A stretch of 44,855 nt of DNA from a phage: the NCBI GenBank assembly GCA_012164735.1, contig GCA_012164735.1_4544.1; one strand, 5' to 3'. The notes under the pieces were generated by a model. That model made no database searches. It saw only the letters and a program-made list of their open reading frames with translations, and was not told the origin of the DNA. The position numbers and the translations under genes are program-made. Positions 8,106-17,396 of the stretch are shown in pieces. Each line of letters begins with the position of its first letter. Position 1 is the first letter of the stretch.

Positions 8106-8657
8106 ATGGCAGAAATCAAAGTTAAGGGCCGTCGTGCCAAACTGGACGGTCGAGTAGCAGTTACCCCGCGCCGTAAACCAGGCGAGCAAACAGAACACAC
8201 CAATCTTGGACCCGAGATCGAATACGGCAAGCGTCGTAAAGGCGGCAAATGTGGACGCCCGACCGACTACCGCACCGTGTATTGTGATCAGCTTCGTCGC
8301 TATTTCGCCGATGCCGTAGCCTGGCAGATCAACTACTCTGACAAGGGTGCTGCGCAAGTCATCCCTCACAACAAGATGCCGACTCTCGGTCGCTTTGCTG
8401 CGGATATTGGCGTTGGCATCGCTTGCCTGTACCGCTGGGCGCGTGCACATGAGGAGTTCGCCGAGGCGATGGCTGACGCAATGGAGTTGCAGAAAACTTT
8501 CTTGATGGAAGCTGGCGGTGTGACCATCGCGGCGGGCTTCGCTACGTTCCTGCTTAAAGCCAACCACGGCATTCGTGACGATGCGCCGCTGGATGACGAC
8601 GAAGGTGATAACGGCGACGTCGTTGTGGAACCTACCGGCAAAGGCCAGGGCGAATAA
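8106..8657 (+). CDS. Terminase small subunit (putative; start at ATG 8106 preferred over ORF-track start 8007)
   Basis: Immediately upstream of, and overlapping, the large terminase; RBS aaaggg; synteny. Confidence 0.5.
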   Translation: MAEIKVKGRRAKLDGRVAVTPRRKPGEQTEHTNLGPEIEYGKRRKGGKCGRPTDYRTVYCDQLRRYFADAVAWQINYSDKGAAQVIPHNKMPTLGRFAADIGVGIACLYRWARAHEEFAEAMADAMELQKTFLMEAGGVTIAAGFATFLLKANHGIRDDAPLDDDEGDNGDVVVEPTGKGQGE

Positions 8658-10042
8658 TGCGTAACTATGCGGCAGAACACCGCGCACTTGAACGCGCGAT
8701 CGCAAAGCGCAACCGACCGCCACGCCCTACGCGCGTTGCGCAGGCCGTCCGCCTGTATCAGCCTGATTGCCTACCGCACCAGGTGGAACTGCTGCGCGAC
8801 ACGAAGACTAAAATCCTCGGATTGTGTTCCGGCTTCGGTGGCGGAAAGTCGTGGGTCGCGGCGCGTAAGGTCATCCAGCTTCTCACACTTAACCCTGGTC
8901 ATGATGGCATCGTGACAGAACCGACTATTCCACTCCTGGTTAAAATCATGTACCCGGAGCTTGAGAAGGCTTTCGACGAGGCCGGATTCCGGTGGAAGTT
9001 CAACAAGCAAGATAAAATCTATAGCGTGCTGGTGAAAGGCAAATGGACCCGCGTTATTTGTGAGTCAATGGAGAACTACACCCGCCTGATCGGGGTTAAC
9101 GCCGCGTGGATTGTTGCCGATGAGTTCGACACCACGAAGCAAGACGTCGCTATGGCGGCTTACCACAAACTGCTTGGTCGTCTGCGTGCGGGCCTGGTAC
9201 GCCAGTTCGTCATCGTATCCACGCCTGAAGGCTTCCGGGCGATGTACCAGATTTTCGAAGTGGAGAAGGATAGCCAGAAACGTTTGATCAGGGCGAAGAC
9301 TACCGATAATCACCACTTACCGGCAGACTTTATCGACACGCTGCGCAGCCAATACCCGGCTAACCTGATTGATGCGTACTTGAACGGCCTGTTTGTCAAC
9401 CTTACGTCGGGCGCGGTGTACAAGATGTTCAACCGGGAGGAGAACGCCAGCACCGAAGAAGTGCAGCCGGAAGACACGCTGATTATCGGCATGGACTTTA
9501 ACGTCACGAAGATGGCGGCGGTCGTGTATGTCAGACGGCAGCGCATCACCGAAAACAAGGAGTTCCGCGACGAGATTCACGCAGTGGATGAATTTGTGGA
9601 CCTGTTTGATACCCCGGCTATGATTGAGGCGATCGAGGAGCGATACCCCGAACATTGTGCCGCCGGTAGGGTCGTCGTTTACCCGGATAGCAGTGGCAAG
9701 TCTCGTAAGACTGTTAACGCATCGTCGTCCGATATTGCGCAACTGGAAGACGCGGGCTTCGAGGTGGAATACGACAGCGTTAACCCACCTGTGAAAGACC
9801 GATTGATCGCGATGAATACGATGATGTGCAACTCGAAGGGTGTGCGCCAGTATTTTGTCAACCTGGATAAATGCCCTACACTAGCGAAATGTCTGGAACA
9901 GCAGGTTTACGACCTGAAGAAAGGCGAGCCGGATAAAACCGCCGGTGTGGACCACATGAACGATGCCGCGGGCTATCCAATTGCGCACCTGTTCCCAGTG
10001 ATTCGCCCAATCGCCGTTGTTCCAACTGTAGACTTCTACTAA
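8657..10042 (+). CDS. Terminase large subunit
   Basis: 461 aa; Walker A-like GFGGGKSW; position before portal. Confidence 0.85.
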   Translation: MRNYAAEHRALERAIAKRNRPPRPTRVAQAVRLYQPDCLPHQVELLRDTKTKILGLCSGFGGGKSWVAARKVIQLLTLNPGHDGIVTEPTIPLLVKIMYPELEKAFDEAGFRWKFNKQDKIYSVLVKGKWTRVICESMENYTRLIGVNAAWIVADEFDTTKQDVAMAAYHKLLGRLRAGLVRQFVIVSTPEGFRAMYQIFEVEKDSQKRLIRAKTTDNHHLPADFIDTLRSQYPANLIDAYLNGLFVNLTSGAVYKMFNREENASTEEVQPEDTLIIGMDFNVTKMAAVVYVRRQRITENKEFRDEIHAVDEFVDLFDTPAMIEAIEERYPEHCAAGRVVVYPDSSGKSRKTVNASSSDIAQLEDAGFEVEYDSVNPPVKDRLIAMNTMMCNSKGVRQYFVNLDKCPTLAKCLEQQVYDLKKGEPDKTAGVDHMNDAAGYPIAHLFPVIRPIAVVPTVDFY

Positions 10043-10052
10043 GGAAACGACT

Positions 10053-11573
10053 ATGACCGTTAACGTTGACAACCAGCACCCGCTCTATGCGCGCATCGCG
10101 CCTGAGTGGAAAATGATCCGTGATTGCGTGGCAGGTGAGCGCGCCGTGAAGGCGTGCGGCCCCTTATACCTTCCACACCCAGCCAGTGGCGACAACACTG
10201 ACCCGAAAGCACGGGCGCGATACAAGGCGTATAAGCAACGCGCTGTATTCCTGAACGCCACCGCCCGCACACTTAACGCGCTGTTAGGCGTTGCCTTTGC
10301 TAAACCGGTAAGTCTGGACCTTTCCGGGGCGATGGCTGACCTGATTGACGACGTAGACGGCAGCGGGATGCCACTGCCACAACTCCTGCGCGGTGCTATG
10401 TCTGAAGTGCTGCAATCGGGACGTGCGGGCTTTATGGTCGACTACGACCGCCAGGCGCATTTTGATGAACTGGGTAACGTAGTGCCGCAGACCGCCGCCG
10501 AGATGGCGTCACACCGCCCGCTTATCCGCCTGTACACGGCAGAACAGATCATCAACTGGCGGCAGACCCACGGCGTCGATACGCTAATTGTGCTGAAGGA
10601 AACTGACGAAATCAGCACCGAAGACCCCGACGACTTCGCAAACCACGAAGTCACAATCTGGACTGAATTGCGCATGATTGACGGCAAGGCACACGCCCGC
10701 CGCTGGTTTTATAATGCGGACACGTCAGAAGTGCAAATGGACTTGCCGCGGGGATTCACCCGTACCGACCTTGTGCCACTGGTGGATGCTGCCGGTAACG
10801 CGCTTACGCAACTGCCTTTCTGTTGGTGTGGTGCGGTGGACAACAACGCAACGCCTGACGCCGCTCCGCTGGCGGATATCGCATCCATCAACATTAAGCA
10901 CTACAACGCCGAAGCGGACGTCGCCGAGATTGCGCACATCGTGGGCCAACCTACACTCATTGCGACTGGTCTGACCCAATCATGGGCGGACAAGAACCTG
11001 AAAGGAGGCATCGCGCTCGGGGCAACTAAGGGCGTTATCCTGGGCCAGAACATGGACGCCAAACTGCTTCAGGCGGAGGAGCGCAACTTGTCTGTTGCAC
11101 TGTGTGAGCGCCGCGAATTGCAAATGGCTAAACTGGGCGCGGCCCTTGTCGAGAAAGGGACCGCACCTAAGACGGCAACAGAGGCGGCTTATGATGCGCA
11201 GACTGATAACAGTATCCTGTCTCTGATTGCCGGTAACGTTGAGAAGGCTTTCAACCGTGCGCTGCAAATCGTCAAGCTGTTCACTGGCGACACCGCAGAT
11301 CAACGCGTAACGCTGAATAAGTTCTACACCGAAATCACGGTTGACGCACAGCTTATGACCGCAATGATGGCGGGTGTGCAGACCGGTACTGTCCGTCTGG
11401 CGGACTTTATCAAGTGGATGATGGCCCAGGGCGTTATTGATGACTCGCAAACCGTCGAGCAGGTGGAAGACGAACTGCGAAATCAGAATCCATTGCCTCA
11501 AATGTCCCCTGATGCGGTAGAATCTACCGAAGAAGACCCGGACAAGGTAGCGGACGATGGCGAGAACAATTAA
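10053..11573 (+). CDS. Portal protein
   Basis: 506 aa, strong RBS aagga, follows terminase; synteny. Confidence 0.7.
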   Translation: MTVNVDNQHPLYARIAPEWKMIRDCVAGERAVKACGPLYLPHPASGDNTDPKARARYKAYKQRAVFLNATARTLNALLGVAFAKPVSLDLSGAMADLIDDVDGSGMPLPQLLRGAMSEVLQSGRAGFMVDYDRQAHFDELGNVVPQTAAEMASHRPLIRLYTAEQIINWRQTHGVDTLIVLKETDEISTEDPDDFANHEVTIWTELRMIDGKAHARRWFYNADTSEVQMDLPRGFTRTDLVPLVDAAGNALTQLPFCWCGAVDNNATPDAAPLADIASINIKHYNAEADVAEIAHIVGQPTLIATGLTQSWADKNLKGGIALGATKGVILGQNMDAKLLQAEERNLSVALCERRELQMAKLGAALVEKGTAPKTATEAAYDAQTDNSILSLIAGNVEKAFNRALQIVKLFTGDTADQRVTLNKFYTEITVDAQLMTAMMAGVQTGTVRLADFIKWMMAQGVIDDSQTVEQVEDELRNQNPLPQMSPDAVESTEEDPDKVADDGENN

Positions 11574-12660
11574 TCAATATATGGCGGACCGCATGATCCG
11601 CCGACACATCTTCACCCAGCGCCTGAGTAATGACCAGGCGCGAAGGGTGCTGTCCATGTGGGAGAAGTTCCGGCCTACATTACTGGGAAAGCTGACCGAG
11701 TTGCTTGATGGCAAATCGTCAATGAACAACAAGGCACTTTCCACCCTGCTAACGCAAATCGACAAGACCGTAAAAACGGAACTGCGCACCGAGTTTAAGG
11801 CGTTGGCTGAAAGCCTTCAGGAGTTTGCAGACACGGAGGCTGATTATCTCGCCGACACATTAACGGCAGCGATCCAGCCGGTGGTCGCCGTACCTGCGGT
11901 CGAGGTGGTTGGTGTAGTGACCGGTGCGCAGATCGCAGCGACGGCTATGAAAAACCCGTTCCAGGGTAATACTATGATGCAATGGCCTGACTCACTTTCA
12001 GAGTGGACAAGGACGCAGATCGGTAACCAGGTGCGAGCGGGATTCATCCAGGGCAAGCCAACGATGGAAATTATTGCGGACGTGAGGCGCGCGCTAGGCG
12101 GTCGTAGTGCGCAAGCGATCTCAAGCGTCGTTAAGTCCGCGGTCAACCACTATGCGGCGACCGCCCGCGAATTAATGGTAAAAGCTAATGACGATATTCT
12201 CGAAGGCCGCCAATGGTTGGCTACATTGGACACGCATACTTCTCCCATGTGCCAGCTACGCGATCGCCTGTTTTATCCGGTTGATGTTACTCCCGACACC
12301 AAAGGAAAGCGCGGCGGGAAAGTGGTGGCTGGATCACAATATGGCGCTGGTCCGGGCAAGTTGCATTATTGCTGCCGTTCGACGGAGACGTGGAAAGTCA
12401 AAGGTATGGAAGATTGGCCCAGTGGTAAGCGTCCGGCACTGAAGGCTGACGCGGGTCGATTGCTTAGTGAGCAGGTCGACGCGCAGACTGATTTCTTCTC
12501 CTGGGTGCAGCGCCAGCCTCGCCATATTCTGGAGGAATTATATGGGGTGCAGCGCGCTGACCAGATTATGCGCGGCGTGAAAGTGCCGAAGATGTTTACC
12601 GATTCTGGCGAACTGATGACTATCGCACAGCTTAAAAACCGGGGGTTATGGCGTGATTAA
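11557..12660 (+). CDS. Head morphogenesis protein (Mu F / SPP1 gp7-like)
   Basis: 367 aa following portal; synteny. Confidence 0.6.
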   Translation: MARTINQYMADRMIRRHIFTQRLSNDQARRVLSMWEKFRPTLLGKLTELLDGKSSMNNKALSTLLTQIDKTVKTELRTEFKALAESLQEFADTEADYLADTLTAAIQPVVAVPAVEVVGVVTGAQIAATAMKNPFQGNTMMQWPDSLSEWTRTQIGNQVRAGFIQGKPTMEIIADVRRALGGRSAQAISSVVKSAVNHYAATARELMVKANDDILEGRQWLATLDTHTSPMCQLRDRLFYPVDVTPDTKGKRGGKVVAGSQYGAGPGKLHYCCRSTETWKVKGMEDWPSGKRPALKADAGRLLSEQVDAQTDFFSWVQRQPRHILEELYGVQRADQIMRGVKVPKMFTDSGELMTIAQLKNRGLWRD

Positions 12661-12982
12661 ATATGCAGCGATTGGGCTGGTTATCGGTCTGGCGGTAGGA
12701 TTCTGGCTAGGTGACTCCTATCGCGCTGGCGTAGTGGCGGAGGCGGCGCAAGAAGCGCAAGCCGAAGCCCAACGGCAGCAAACTAAAGTTGTTGAGCGCT
12801 CCGTGCAGGCAGAACAGGCCCGCGACGTAGAATACCGGACTATCACGAAAGAGGTTGTTAAATATGTTACGCGCCCTAACCGCCCTGATTGTAGTTTTGA
12901 TTCTGAGCGCGTGCGGATCAAGCAACGTGCCGTTGATGCCGCTAACGGAGTCGGCACTGCGACCGCCGTGCAAGTTCGATAG
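12653..12982 (+). CDS. i-spanin (Rz-like): N-terminal TM anchor plus coiled-coil periplasmic domain; GTG start
   Basis: MIKYAAIGLVIGLAVGFWLG TM segment then Ala/Gln/Glu-rich helix; embedded lipoprotein gene in +1 frame. Confidence 0.55.
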   Translation: MIKYAAIGLVIGLAVGFWLGDSYRAGVVAEAAQEAQAEAQRQQTKVVERSVQAEQARDVEYRTITKEVVKYVTRPNRPDCSFDSERVRIKQRAVDAANGVGTATAVQVR

Positions 12983-13094
12983 CCCGTCCGCAGACCCCGA
13001 CGAGGATTTGATGATTGACGTGAAAAATATGGAATGCGGGGCGAAGCTAAGGGCGCAGGTGCTGGAGTTGCAGCAAATAATTAAGGGGCCGTAA
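12864..13094 (+). CDS. o-spanin (Rz1-like outer-membrane lipoprotein), overlapped with and extending beyond the i-spanin gene
   Basis: MLRALTALIVVLILSAC lipobox (LSAC), Pro-rich mature part; RBS agagg; ATG 12864 in frame with ORF-track TTG start at 12855. Confidence 0.55.
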   Translation: MLRALTALIVVLILSACGSSNVPLMPLTESALRPPCKFDSPSADPDEDLMIDVKNMECGAKLRAQVLELQQIIKGP

Positions 13095-13107
13095 TGGCCC
13101 CTTTTTC
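13084..13107. terminator. Bidirectional rho-independent terminator between convergent genes
   Basis: Stem aggggcc/ggcccct, loop gtaat, T5 on plus; A/T flank on minus. Confidence 0.6.
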
Positions 13108-13108
13108 G

Positions 13109-13873
13109 TTATCGCGGAATACCGCAAATCTCGTTGAGAGTTTTCACATCCAGCGCCACCGCCGTGGATTTTGGCTTGTCCGGGTATGGGATGAATTGCT
13201 CAACTTCAGGCCATGCCTTAATCAGCTTTTTGTCAGTATTGTGCAGATCCAGCACACCGGTAACGGTGAGTTTGAACGCATCATACTTCGCGCGCAACTC
13301 GCGACGGGCCTTGTCGTTACGGTCCAGGCGCTTACAGAAGTCGTGGTCTGCCGGGTAGTCCGCGCGACAGCGCGGCTTATAGATCGGCAGCGCTTTCCCG
13401 TCCTCGTCCACTTCGCACACAGAAGCCAGCATTACTTCTTCGTACCCTGGTACAATATCGCCGAGATCGGGAGATAGCTTATTCATGTATTTATATTCCC
13501 AGTATCCGCGATGTACTCGGTATTGTCGTCCGTCGCCGCTCAATGACAGTGTGCGCACATTTCCGCCTGCGTTGATTTCGAAAGTGGCGTCGTAAACGCT
13601 GCCGATGCCTTTTGGGCGGTCAGCGTTATAACTATACGTCGCCTTGTTGGTGTATACGCTTACTCCGTACATCTGCGACGGGTTATCGCCGATTGCTTTA
13701 ATGCGCGCGAGTAGCTCGGCGAAAGTGCGAATGCCTTCCGGCATACAGTCCAGCGTAATGGCGTACGCCAGGTCGCGCGAGTCCATCATGATGGATTTGG
13801 CTTCGGTCGCGATTTCATGGTCGCGCAGGATGTTAGCCAGAATCCGGTTTTTAATGTCTTTCGTCAGTCTCAT
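13109..13873 (-). CDS. Hypothetical protein (254 aa) encoded opposite to the structural operon
   Basis: ATG with RBS gagga; no recognisable domain by inspection. Confidence 0.6.
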   Translation of the reverse strand: MRLTKDIKNRILANILRDHEIATEAKSIMMDSRDLAYAITLDCMPEGIRTFAELLARIKAIGDNPSQMYGVSVYTNKATYSYNADRPKGIGSVYDATFEINAGGNVRTLSLSGDGRQYRVHRGYWEYKYMNKLSPDLGDIVPGYEEVMLASVCEVDEDGKALPIYKPRCRADYPADHDFCKRLDRNDKARRELRAKYDAFKLTVTGVLDLHNTDKKLIKAWPEVEQFIPYPDKPKSTAVALDVKTLNEICGIPR

Positions 13874-13916
13874 TATTGTGTCCTCATTGTTGGGGCTTTC
13901 GCCCCTGTTGGTTTAG

Positions 13917-14324
13917 TTAAAGTGCTTCGAGAATCTCGTAAAACTTATTCGCCAGCGCCTGGCGTCGTTCGAATTTTTCAGTGATAACCAATTCCGGGCG
14001 GTTAAATAGCTTTGCGTGGGTGTTCCAATTGAGGATTTCCGTTTCCATTATTTTCTTCCTGTTGTAATCGGTGTTTTTGATGCTGAATTCCTTGATAGCG
14101 TTATTAAGAAAATCAGTCATACACTCAACGTCTGTTCTCTTAACTTCGAACGTACGGGCCTCGATTGGGCTATTTGTGCGAAGTACGACGACTCCGCCGT
14201 GGTAGGTGTCGACTACCATATACTTATAAGTCACCCCATCCCACTCCGGGTCGAAAGGGCGCCCAAATACGTCGTCGGCTTTCCATACTTTCTGGTACGG
14301 TGTTTCTTTGATTAATGTTGGCAT
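13917..14324 (-). CDS. Hypothetical protein (136 aa), start moved to internal ATG 14324 with RBS aaggaa
   Basis: N-terminal 151 codons of the ORF-track call are low-complexity antisense of the scaffold gene; RBS precedes MPTLIKE. Confidence 0.5.
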   Translation of the reverse strand: MPTLIKETPYQKVWKADDVFGRPFDPEWDGVTYKYMVVDTYHGGVVVLRTNSPIEARTFEVKRTDVECMTDFLNNAIKEFSIKNTDYNRKKIMETEILNWNTHAKLFNRPELVITEKFERRQALANKFYEILEAL

Positions 14325-14352
14325 CTTGTTTTCCTTCATATCTCTGTTGGTG

Positions 14353-14375
14353 TGCAACCAATATATGCAACCAAT
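14353..14375 (+). promoter_or_regulatory. Paired TGCAACCAAT motifs (14353-14362, 14366-14375) in a divergent intergenic region
   Basis: Two perfect 10-mers 13 bp apart. Confidence 0.5.
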
Positions 14376-14414
14376 ACGAGGATTGCAAGCGAATTTTGCG
14401 ATTATTTTTATCGC

Positions 14415-14423
14415 TGATAATAT
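14415..14423 (+). promoter_or_regulatory. Extended -10 promoter candidate (TGaTAATAT) preceded by TCGCTGATA, upstream of scaffold and capsid genes
   Basis: Same TCGCTGATA-extended -10 arrangement recurs at 20281-20293. Confidence 0.35.
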
Positions 14424-14478
14424 TAGAAGCGTGAAGTCGAGCGGGTGGCCTGCTCTGCCACAATCCCAGGGGGATAGC

Positions 14479-15180
14479 ATGAAACTTACTAAAGCAGAAT
14501 ATGACGCGTTGCCGGAAGGTATGAAGGCGCTTTTTGTTGCCGATGGCGACGGGTATAAATCAACTTTCATGACCGCAGAAGAAGTACAGGCGGAAATCAA
14601 GGGTCTGAAAGACAACAACGCGAAGCTGGTGAGCGAGAAGAAAGCAGAAGCTGAACGCCGCGCCGAAGCCGAGCGACTTGCGAAAGAGAAAGAGGAAGCC
14701 GCTGCGCGCAAAAATGGCGACCTCGAAGCGATCGACAAGTCCTGGAAAGATAAGTTTGCGAAACACGAAGCAGACACATCGGGAAAAATCGAAGCCTACC
14801 GCAAGCAGATCCACGATCTCACCATCGGCAGCGCCGCCAAAGACCTGGCGTCGAAGCTGTTCGGTAAGAATGCGGGCATCATGCAACGTCACGTTATGGA
14901 CCGCCTGACGCTGGAAGACGGCGAAGACGGCAGCTTGAAAGTGCGTGTCTTGCAGGATGGCAAACCGTCCGCGCTGACTATGGAAGAGCTTGAAAAAGAG
15001 TTCCGTAATAACGCCGATTTTGCATCCGTCCTGGCTGGCACGCCAGCCGGTGGCGCGCCTAGCAAACCGACGCAGGTTGTCGAAGATGTGAAGTCTAAAA
15101 TTACGATGGGCCATAGCTTCGGTATCACCGATCTCACCAAACAGGCCGGGGATATCATCGCTAAAATGGGCGACGAGTAA
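14479..15180 (+). CDS. Scaffolding protein (putative), start at ATG 14479
   Basis: 233 aa, charged coiled-coil-like sequence; RBS aggggga; immediately upstream of major capsid gene. Confidence 0.5.
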   Translation: MKLTKAEYDALPEGMKALFVADGDGYKSTFMTAEEVQAEIKGLKDNNAKLVSEKKAEAERRAEAERLAKEKEEAAARKNGDLEAIDKSWKDKFAKHEADTSGKIEAYRKQIHDLTIGSAAKDLASKLFGKNAGIMQRHVMDRLTLEDGEDGSLKVRVLQDGKPSALTMEELEKEFRNNADFASVLAGTPAGGAPSKPTQVVEDVKSKITMGHSFGITDLTKQAGDIIAKMGDE

Positions 15181-15185
15181 GCAGA

Positions 15186-15209
15186 TTGCCCGCGAAAGCG
15201 GGCAATTTT
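15186..15209 (+). terminator. Rho-independent terminator
   Basis: Stem ttgcccgc/gcgggcaa, GAAA loop, T4. Confidence 0.5.
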
Positions 15210-15277
15210 GCGAGCGCGTAAAACTAAGGTAACATTAATGCCACTGGGCGAATGCTCACAACTCAAAGGATTTCGAT

Positions 15278-16378
15278 ATGTCTTTAACAGTGTTCCAGCG
15301 TAAACTCGTTACCGCGGTTACGCAAATGATCCCCGACAACCTGAACGTTTTCAACGCCGCCGCCAATGGCGCTATTGTTCTCGGTACTGGTGAAGTGCTG
15401 AAGGATGTTGTTGAGAAAATGTCCGTAGGCTTGATCGCCAACCTTGTTACCGACCGTAACGCCTACGCCCCTGTCGGTACTCCGGCAACCGCTAAAGTGC
15501 TGGCGCGTATGTTGACCAACTCGGTTAACCTTTCCGCTAAAGTGGGTCCGGTAGCAATCACGAAGGCCATGATGGCTAAAATCGAAACCAACGTTAATAG
15601 CGTTGCGGCTGAGATTGCGGCACAGGCTACTCAAGCGATTATGCTGCACTACCTAAAAGCGGGTATCGGTGCGGGTAAAGCGGCGATCGAAAGCAACGCA
15701 GCGGCAAAATACACCCAACCGGCGCGCGTTGACGGCGTTGGCGGTCGTACCTTCCCGACCCTGGCAGACTTCCCGCTGGCGGCTTCTAAGTTCGGCGATC
15801 AGGCGTCTTTGATTAAGTCCTGGTTTATGGACGGCGTTACCTGGGCAAACTTCATTGCGTACCAGGCACTCCCTTCCGCTGAACAGGTATTCGCAATTGG
15901 CGATCTACAGGTAATGGGTGATGGCCTGGGCCGTCGCTTCATTATCTCCGATGCCGCTGCCGATGCTATGGGCGCTGGTAACATGCTGGGTCTGGTCCCC
16001 GGCGCGGTTGCAGTTACCACCAACGGCCTCGATATGCTGGCGCAGGAGAAAGGCGGTAACGAGAACATCGAACGCTGGTGGCAGGGCGAGTTCGACTTCA
16101 ACGTGGCCGTTAAAGGCTACCGTCTGAAGGCGTCCGCTCGTACCCCGATCGAAGGTGTGCGCTCGTTCAAACTGGACGATATTACCACTTCCGCTAACTG
16201 GGAACTGGACCAGGGCCAGGTAGACAACGCACCGGCAACCGTGCAGGACGTTGGCGCTGTGGGTGATGGTGATACTAAAGGTCGTCGTAAGACCCAGGCC
16301 GCACAGGCAGTGCCTACCCGTCACATCAAGGAAACCGCTGGCGTACTGGTTACGCTGACTGCGACTACCGCGTCTTAA
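15278..16378 (+). CDS. Major capsid protein
   Basis: 366 aa, RBS aagga, followed by strong terminator; synteny. Confidence 0.75.
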   Translation: MSLTVFQRKLVTAVTQMIPDNLNVFNAAANGAIVLGTGEVLKDVVEKMSVGLIANLVTDRNAYAPVGTPATAKVLARMLTNSVNLSAKVGPVAITKAMMAKIETNVNSVAAEIAAQATQAIMLHYLKAGIGAGKAAIESNAAAKYTQPARVDGVGGRTFPTLADFPLAASKFGDQASLIKSWFMDGVTWANFIAYQALPSAEQVFAIGDLQVMGDGLGRRFIISDAAADAMGAGNMLGLVPGAVAVTTNGLDMLAQEKGGNENIERWWQGEFDFNVAVKGYRLKASARTPIEGVRSFKLDDITTSANWELDQGQVDNAPATVQDVGAVGDGDTKGRRKTQAAQAVPTRHIKETAGVLVTLTATTAS

Positions 16379-16396
16379 CGGGCGCACATCCCAAAG

Positions 16397-16421
16397 GGGC
16401 GGGCTTATGCCCGCCTTTTTT
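16397..16421 (+). terminator. Rho-independent terminator after capsid gene
   Basis: Stem gggcgggc/gcccgcc, loop ttat, T6. Confidence 0.65.
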
Positions 16422-16436
16422 ATAGGAGTGAATACA

Positions 16437-16937
16437 ATGTATGGCGACCCGCAAACCTTTGTCGATTATGCCGCTGCGCGAGGCGTTGAAATTACGCTAG
16501 GCGATGCAACGCGACACCTTACCATCGTTAACGACTTTCTTAACGGCATCAACTGGATCGGCGAACCGGCGGACCAGACAGGAATAGACGCATGGCCCCG
16601 CATCAATTACCCATCGGACGGGAAGCCGGTGCGCGACACGCTAACCGAAGTCGTGGCGGTAGTGCCTGTCGGGCAAATCGTAGACTTTGCATCAATCCCC
16701 GTTGCCGTTGAGCAAGCTGTTTACCGGCTGGCGCTGTTGGTGGCGGACGAGATCGATATTTCTCCGGTCGGCGATGGTAAAGAGACTATCCGCGAAACGG
16801 TCGGCCCGATCACGATGGAATATGACCCGGCGTCGATTGGTAGCGGGGTGTCGTTCCCGTGGTGGGATGGCTTGTTAGGGCACTGGGTTGATTCAGGCGG
16901 CAACGCCGCAGGCAATTTCGACGTATTCAGGGGGTGA
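16437..16937 (+). CDS. Hypothetical structural protein (possible head-tail connector), start at ATG 16437
   Basis: RBS aggag; ORF-track start 16407 lies inside the terminator. Confidence 0.45.
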   Translation: MYGDPQTFVDYAAARGVEITLGDATRHLTIVNDFLNGINWIGEPADQTGIDAWPRINYPSDGKPVRDTLTEVVAVVPVGQIVDFASIPVAVEQAVYRLALLVADEIDISPVGDGKETIRETVGPITMEYDPASIGSGVSFPWWDGLLGHWVDSGGNAAGNFDVFRG

Positions 16938-17041
16938 TATGAATCCTGCATTACTCGCGGCGATTATCGCCGCCAACGCTAAACGGCAACCAGAACAACC
17001 GGAGCCAGAACCAGTACCACCGGCACAGGAGAGTGAAGAAG

Positions 17042-17395
17042 ATGGCGGGCTTTAATTACGCAGGATTAAAGCGGAAAGTTAATCCGCTGATTAAAAAATT
17101 CGGCATGACCGTTACGGTTACGCGTCCGGGATCGGTTGACCGCGTAGACGGCGAAGAAGTGGTCATCCCGCCGACCTCGTTTGACGTCATCGGTCTTCGC
17201 GAGGAGTACAAGCCTAGCGAGATCGACGGGACGCGTATCGTTGCCGGTGATGTGAAGTTTTTATGTCGGGCGGTTGAGCAATTGCGGGTGGGCGACCTTG
17301 TTAACCTGAACGGCACTGACTACCGGGTCGTCAACCCTAACCCACTGCAACCGGCGGGCACTACCATGCTGTTTCAACTACAGCTAAGGGGCTAA
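17042..17395 (+). CDS. Head-tail joining protein (putative)
   Basis: Position between capsid and tail genes; RBS aggag. Confidence 0.4.
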   Translation: MAGFNYAGLKRKVNPLIKKFGMTVTVTRPGSVDRVDGEEVVIPPTSFDVIGLREEYKPSEIDGTRIVAGDVKFLCRAVEQLRVGDLVNLNGTDYRVVNPNPLQPAGTTMLFQLQLRG

Positions 17396-17396
17396 C

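Noticed and set aside
8061-8723. 220-aa minus-strand ORF overlapping the terminase small-subunit region
   Set aside because: Antisense to the terminase genes; no start-site support.
10980-11501. 173-aa minus-strand ORF inside the portal gene
   Set aside because: Antisense overlap with a strongly supported structural gene.
14325-14777. N-terminal 151 codons of the ORF-track call 13917-14777
   Set aside because: Low-complexity Ser/Ala-rich sequence antisense to the scaffold gene; an internal ATG at 14324 with a strong RBS is the more plausible start.
15905-16387. 160-aa minus-strand ORF inside the major capsid gene
   Set aside because: Antisense to the capsid gene; no independent support.
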